Shown piece by piece: positions 60,140-64,000 of a stretch of DNA of 64,000 nucleotides. The stretch's first letter is position 1, and each line of letters opens with the position of its first letter. The stretch lies in NCBI GenBank assembly GCA_000092065.1, contig CP000596.1; one strand, written 5' to 3'. The translations under genes were made by a program, and so were the position numbers. This DNA comes from Ostreococcus lucimarinus. Lineage: Eukaryota. The notes below the pieces were generated by a model. That model was given only the letters and a program-made list of their open reading frames with translations, was not told the DNA's origin and did not search any database.

Positions 60140-60562
60140 ATGCGCGCGATGTCGACGACGACGACGACGACGACGCGCGCGATGACGTCGCGCGCGTCGC
60201 GACGCCGACCGACGACGCGACGTCCGACGCGCGCGTACGCGCCGCGCGCGCGATCGAGCGACGACGACGACGACGCGACGGCGAACGAATCGTCGACGTC
60301 GGCGACCGAGCCCAAGCTCGACCCGTTCGGGTTCGGGGCGCGACGGCAGGACGCGCCGGACGAGATCCGCCCGGGATTCGACACCGCGGAGGGGGGGAAG
60401 GTGGGACCGGTGGGGACGTTTTTCATCTCCGCGCTGCTGATCGCGCTGTTCGGGGGGTCGTTTTTCTTCACGAGCGTGCCGCGGGGGAGCGTGGAGGAGC
60501 TCGCGGCGAGGCAGTTGGCGGACGATCCGAACGCGCCGACGCAGAGCTTCGCGAGACGGTGA
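60140..60562 (+). CDS. Hypothetical small single-pass membrane protein with plastid-transit-like N-terminus
   Basis: 140 aa. Real ATG. poly-Thr/Arg N-terminus. TM helix GPVGTFFISALLIALFGGSFFF. No family recognised. Confidence 0.35.
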   Translation: MRAMSTTTTTTTRAMTSRASRRRPTTRRPTRAYAPRARSSDDDDDATANESSTSATEPKLDPFGFGARRQDAPDEIRPGFDTAEGGKVGPVGTFFISALLIALFGGSFFFTSVPRGSVEELAARQLADDPNAPTQSFARR

Positions 60563-60708
60563 GGCGGTGGGGGGTGTGAGGGTGTTGGTATTTTTACGGT
60601 GGGCGTCGCGCGGGGAAGGGTAGATTGGTTGGTTGTCAAAACACGCGCGCTCGCGCTAAACTACGTAAATCTCTACGACGCGACGCGACGCGACGCTTCT
60701 AACTAAGA

Positions 60709-63700
60709 CTAGATTCCGATCCGATCGACGACGGCGCGGGAATCGAAGAATGATGCCAAGGCGGTGGAGAGCGGTGCGCGGTGCGCGCTTCGGATGGCGT
60801 CGATGGCGTGGGGGGCGATTTGGGCGACGACGTCGGCGTCGGCGAAATCGACGAGGGACGCCAACGCGCGCGCGGCGAGACGCTCTCGCGTCGGCGTGAG
60901 GGCGTTGGAGCGTAAACACGCATCACCGTCGCGCGTGTTTTCTTTGTCGCTCTCGCGCGCTTCTCGGTGGATGACTAAGCATCGCGACGCGTGTTCCACG
61001 AGGCGCTCTCTCGCGTCGACGTCGCCTCGCAACGCTCGTAAAAGCGCGTCGCCGGCGGCAAACTCGAGACGAGACAACGTCCCGAGAGATCCTTCGGCGT
61101 CGTTTTCTTCTCTCGCGAACGCGTAGGCGTCGGTGATGATGTCCACGAGTTCCGAGCGCGCGCTCTCCGGAACGCCGACGACGCCTCGCAAATCGGCGCA
61201 CGCAGCGACGCACGCGAGCGAGCGACTCACGACATCGCTCGCGTTCGGTAAGTCGAGCATGACGACGTCTACGACGACGCCGTACCGCAGAACTTTGCAA
61301 ATCGCACGCCAAGTGTCCACAGAAGAGTCACCGCGAGCTATGACGACGTCCATCGCCGAGCGCGTCGCCGCGAGCGCGTCGGGAATCGCTCGAGGCGCGG
61401 CGGCGCGCAAGACGTTCGTCACGAAGGACCAAATCGCCGGTAGCAACGCGTCGTAGGCTGATTTTTTGTCGCGCACGAGCGCGATCAGGCGTGGAAGAAT
61501 GAGATCCAACGCCCGCGTGGCGTCGAGCTTGGTCTCCAATAAGCCCTCGACCGCTCCAGCGCGCGCCACCCCCCACGCCTCGGCGCTCAGTCGCTCGACG
61601 TCGTCGTCTTCGAGAACGCGGAACAACGCGTCGAGAGCGCGATCGTCTTCGCGCGCGAGCGCGCCGATAGTTTCGCACGTTGCCGCCCAAGTCGTCTTCA
61701 ACCACGCGTTCGCGTCCTCGTCGCCCATGGCGAGTCCTCGGCGGCACGCCGCGGCGATCGTCGCAACGGCGCGTCGCGGCGGCGAATCCTCGTCGTCCGA
61801 GCCAGCGCTCGCGCGTCGTCGGCGTCGCGCGAACGTCCCGAGCAAGCACATCGCTCGTGGGACGCACGCAAGCGGTAGGCCGAGGTAGTCGTCGTCGTCC
61901 TCCGTCGCCACCTTCGACGCGCTGTCGCCATTTTTTTCCAACGCCGCGGCCAGCGCCTTCTCCAACGCCTCGCACGCCGCGGCTTCCGCATCTCCCAAAG
62001 CGACATCGCTCGACGAACCGTCACCGTACACGTGTTCGAGCACTTCTAACGCTGGATCCCAACCCAAATCCAGCGAGTCCCCGAATCGCTGGAGCGCTTG
62101 AGCGACGCACGACGAAATCAAATCTCTCGCGTGCGCGTTTGGGGCGTTTTCGATCGCCGCGACGAATGGCTTCATCGCGTCCACCTGCGTGGCCGAACGC
62201 GTCGCGCGCGCGCGTAAAAGCAACCTATTCGCCACTTGTCGTAGCGAATCTGTGGCGTGTAACACGACTTTATCGTCGGGGTGCTTCACGCTCTCCACCA
62301 GGTGTTCGGCGACGACGTTCCAAAGCTTGGACCACACCAGGCGCACGCGCGTCATATTCGTCGCCGCGACTTCGGTGAGACGTAGTAACGCCGACACGTT
62401 ACCGCCCGCACCGTCCCAGAGTTCATGACGAGATACTGTGGCGATGGCGGAGGCGTAGGCGATGATCTCATCGGAATCGAATCGAGTGCTCAACGCGAAT
62501 ACGCGCTCGATGGCTTCGCCGCCCGCGGTGGACAACCACTGCGTCACCGAAAGCTCCGCCGGGGTGAGCGCGTCGGGGCTAACATCGCCGCCCGATTGCG
62601 TCGCCGATTTCGATGACGCCACTAGTTCTTGCATGCGAAGCGGTGCACAAAAAATATCTTTCGCGCGCGCGGTATCGAAGGATACGCCGGCGCCGACGAC
62701 GGCGCGCAAGTTTTCCAACCGCGTCACCATTTCCAACACGCTCGCCCACGCCTGGACGCCGCCTAGATTGGATTCGCTCGCCGCGAGCTCGAGGAGCGTG
62801 CTCAAAGCTTCTTTACTCTGAGTTGCGATGCCTTCGCGGCGTCCAAACCCAGGAGCAGAGACTAAGAAGGTGCAGATATCGTCGCGCAACATCGGGAGTT
62901 GCAGTCGCGCCGCGAGCGACAGCATCGCTCTCGCGCCTTCGAGCGGCATCGCTGCGTGCGCTTCATCCGGGGCGGAGTCAAACGCGCTGGATAACGCGAT
63001 TAACATGCATTTCCCCGCCGCCTCGAGCATCGGTCGCGCCAAGCCTGGTTCGGAGGCTCGGACGAAGAGCGCGCTCGCGGCTTCGTCGCTCTCCTCGGCG
63101 TGCTTGAACATCGCCTTCGTGGACTTGAGTAACTCTACCGTTTCGTCGCTCGCCTCTTTGAGCGTAGATCGGTTCTTCCAGGGAGCTGCAAAGTTTAGTA
63201 CTTGCGCCATCGTCTTCTTCGCCCGCGCGTTATCGCCACCGTTCGCTTTGGTCGCCGTCGATGGCTCCGCGGCGTGCATTTTGATTTCCTCGGCAGTGAC
63301 GCGCGCGTAAATCGCGGCGACGGCTTCCACATCCAAATCTTTTGTCGCCTCGGCTGCGGTGGCCATGAGCACGAAATCACCTTCGCTCATCTTCATCGCG
63401 GCGTCTGTGAGGGGGTTGTGCGCATCCGTGTTCAACATGACGATCGCGAAGGCTAAGATGTACGCGGCGTCCGCGGACGGGTACGCCCCCGGATTGCACG
63501 CGCAAAACCTCGCCGCGAACGCCTCGACCAATCGATCAATCTTTTGTGCCTCCCCTGGGAGCTTGAACCCACCCAAAAACAAGCGCATGGCATCATCGAT
63601 GCTCATCGACGCAAAGTCGAATCTGTGGACGTACGCGCGCATGACGACGAGCGCGTCGGCGTCGGGCGAGCCGAGTAACTCGCCGATGGCGGCGGGCGCG

Positions 63701-64000
63701 ACGCGCGCGCTCGTCTTGCGCAAAAACTCCGCACACACATTTGGATCCTCCGAGCGCGCCGCGACTCTGAGCGTCTGCGTCGAAGGATCGACGTTGAAGG
63801 CTTCGACAGCCTTTTCCATGGAGGCCTTCGTCTTTTTCGCCTTTTGAAATCGTTCGGCTTCGGATTCCACCGCGGCGGACGGGGAATTTACACACGACGG
63901 CGACGACGGGGAGTCTGACGGCGACGTCGGAGCTGTCGCGATTTTTTCTTCGCGATGCGTCGGCGACGTGGGCGTGGAAGGTCCATCATCGCCGGCGACG
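60709..64000 (-). CDS. Sec7-domain ARF guanine-nucleotide exchange factor (BIG/GBF class), 5'-partial: continues beyond the window end
   Basis: Sec7 catalytic region KLPGEAQKIDRLVEAFAARFCACNPGAYPSADAAYILAFAIVMLNTDAHNP with the glutamate finger. About 950 aa of downstream HDS-like helical repeats. The frame stays open, with no in-frame ATG, from 63870 to base 64000. Confidence 0.8.
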   Translation of the reverse strand, partial: VAGDDGPSTPTSPTHREEKIATAPTSPSDSPSSPSCVNSPSAAVESEAERFQKAKKTKASMEKAVEAFNVDPSTQTLRVAARSEDPNVCAEFLRKTSARVAPAAIGELLGSPDADALVVMRAYVHRFDFASMSIDDAMRLFLGGFKLPGEAQKIDRLVEAFAARFCACNPGAYPSADAAYILAFAIVMLNTDAHNPLTDAAMKMSEGDFVLMATAAEATKDLDVEAVAAIYARVTAEEIKMHAAEPSTATKANGGDNARAKKTMAQVLNFAAPWKNRSTLKEASDETVELLKSTKAMFKHAEESDEAASALFVRASEPGLARPMLEAAGKCMLIALSSAFDSAPDEAHAAMPLEGARAMLSLAARLQLPMLRDDICTFLVSAPGFGRREGIATQSKEALSTLLELAASESNLGGVQAWASVLEMVTRLENLRAVVGAGVSFDTARAKDIFCAPLRMQELVASSKSATQSGGDVSPDALTPAELSVTQWLSTAGGEAIERVFALSTRFDSDEIIAYASAIATVSRHELWDGAGGNVSALLRLTEVAATNMTRVRLVWSKLWNVVAEHLVESVKHPDDKVVLHATDSLRQVANRLLLRARATRSATQVDAMKPFVAAIENAPNAHARDLISSCVAQALQRFGDSLDLGWDPALEVLEHVYGDGSSSDVALGDAEAAACEALEKALAAALEKNGDSASKVATEDDDDYLGLPLACVPRAMCLLGTFARRRRRASAGSDDEDSPPRRAVATIAAACRRGLAMGDEDANAWLKTTWAATCETIGALAREDDRALDALFRVLEDDDVERLSAEAWGVARAGAVEGLLETKLDATRALDLILPRLIALVRDKKSAYDALLPAIWSFVTNVLRAAAPRAIPDALAATRSAMDVVIARGDSSVDTWRAICKVLRYGVVVDVVMLDLPNASDVVSRSLACVAACADLRGVVGVPESARSELVDIITDAYAFAREENDAEGSLGTLSRLEFAAGDALLRALRGDVDARERLVEHASRCLVIHREARESDKENTRDGDACLRSNALTPTRERLAARALASLVDFADADVVAQIAPHAIDAIRSAHRAPLSTALASFFDSRAVVDRIGI

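Noticed and set aside
1-64000. Prokaryotic interpretation (operons, RBS, CRISPR, IS elements) prompted by the high GC and the GTG/TTG starts in the ORF track
   Set aside because: A telomere array, spliceosomal introns with branch sites, transit and signal peptides, and exclusively eukaryotic gene families (TAF9, 14-3-3, UTP21, Torsin, Sec7 GEF, syntaxin) show this is nuclear DNA. No CRISPR repeats, transposase or integrase genes were seen.
1-64000. tRNA, rRNA, snRNA genes and selenoprotein (in-frame TGA) candidates
   Set aside because: No cloverleaf-compatible tRNA, rDNA-like segment or SECIS-like context could be recognised by eye. Every in-frame TGA examined was better explained by an intron or by a spurious ORF. 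Absence is not proven without tRNAscan/Infernal.

Overview
This window is a eukaryotic nuclear chromosome end, not prokaryotic DNA. It starts with about 26 perfect copies of CCCTAAA (the C-strand of the plant-type telomere TTTAGGG), then about 1.3 kb of degenerate telomere-like subtelomere, then a very gene-dense, GC-rich region of about 45 protein-coding genes (roughly one per 1.3 kb). Gene content and style point to a picoplanktonic green alga, probably Mamiellophyceae (Ostreococcus/Micromonas-like); this is inferred from gene content and is not certain. Genes I could recognise include an animal-type nitric oxide synthase 3.3 kb from the telomere, ER HSP90/GRP94 with KDEL, mitochondrial FtsH, GUN4, uroporphyrinogen decarboxylase, a thylakoid-lumen FKBP, FKBP12, Pin1-type parvulin, 14-3-3, a MATE transporter, MoaE, an RsuA pseudouridine synthase, Torsin, UTP21/WDR36, DDX11/CHL1 helicase, a NOX/ferric-reductase oxidase, a GATA factor, an OTU deubiquitinase, a ChrA chromate transporter, plant-type ferredoxin and a Sec7 ARF-GEF that runs off the window end. 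The main hidden signal is a highly stereotyped intron grammar: donors are GTGCGT, GTGAGT or GTACGT; an ACTGAC branch motif sits 17-40 nt upstream of a (C/T)AG acceptor; introns are 99-237 nt. Using it I resolved 9 introns in 8 genes that the six-frame ORF track fragments or hides. These include a three-exon ferredoxin lying entirely inside a region of Arg-rich spurious ORFs, signal/transit-peptide exons for GRP94 and GUN4, a split RING-H2, FKBP12, 14-3-3, Pin1 (with an apparent GC-AG intron) and a J-domain fused to a mitochondrial-type enoyl reductase. Other points worth a second look are two head-to-head gene pairs whose ATGs overlap on a CATG palindrome, convergent gene pairs only 7-45 bp apart, a NOX with four extra transmembrane helices inside its NADPH domain, and an alpha/beta hydrolase whose nucleophile serine is replaced by tyrosine. 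Many long ORFs in the track are Arg/Ala-rich antisense artefacts of about 65% GC and were not called. No rRNA, tRNA, CRISPR array or transposon was recognised.
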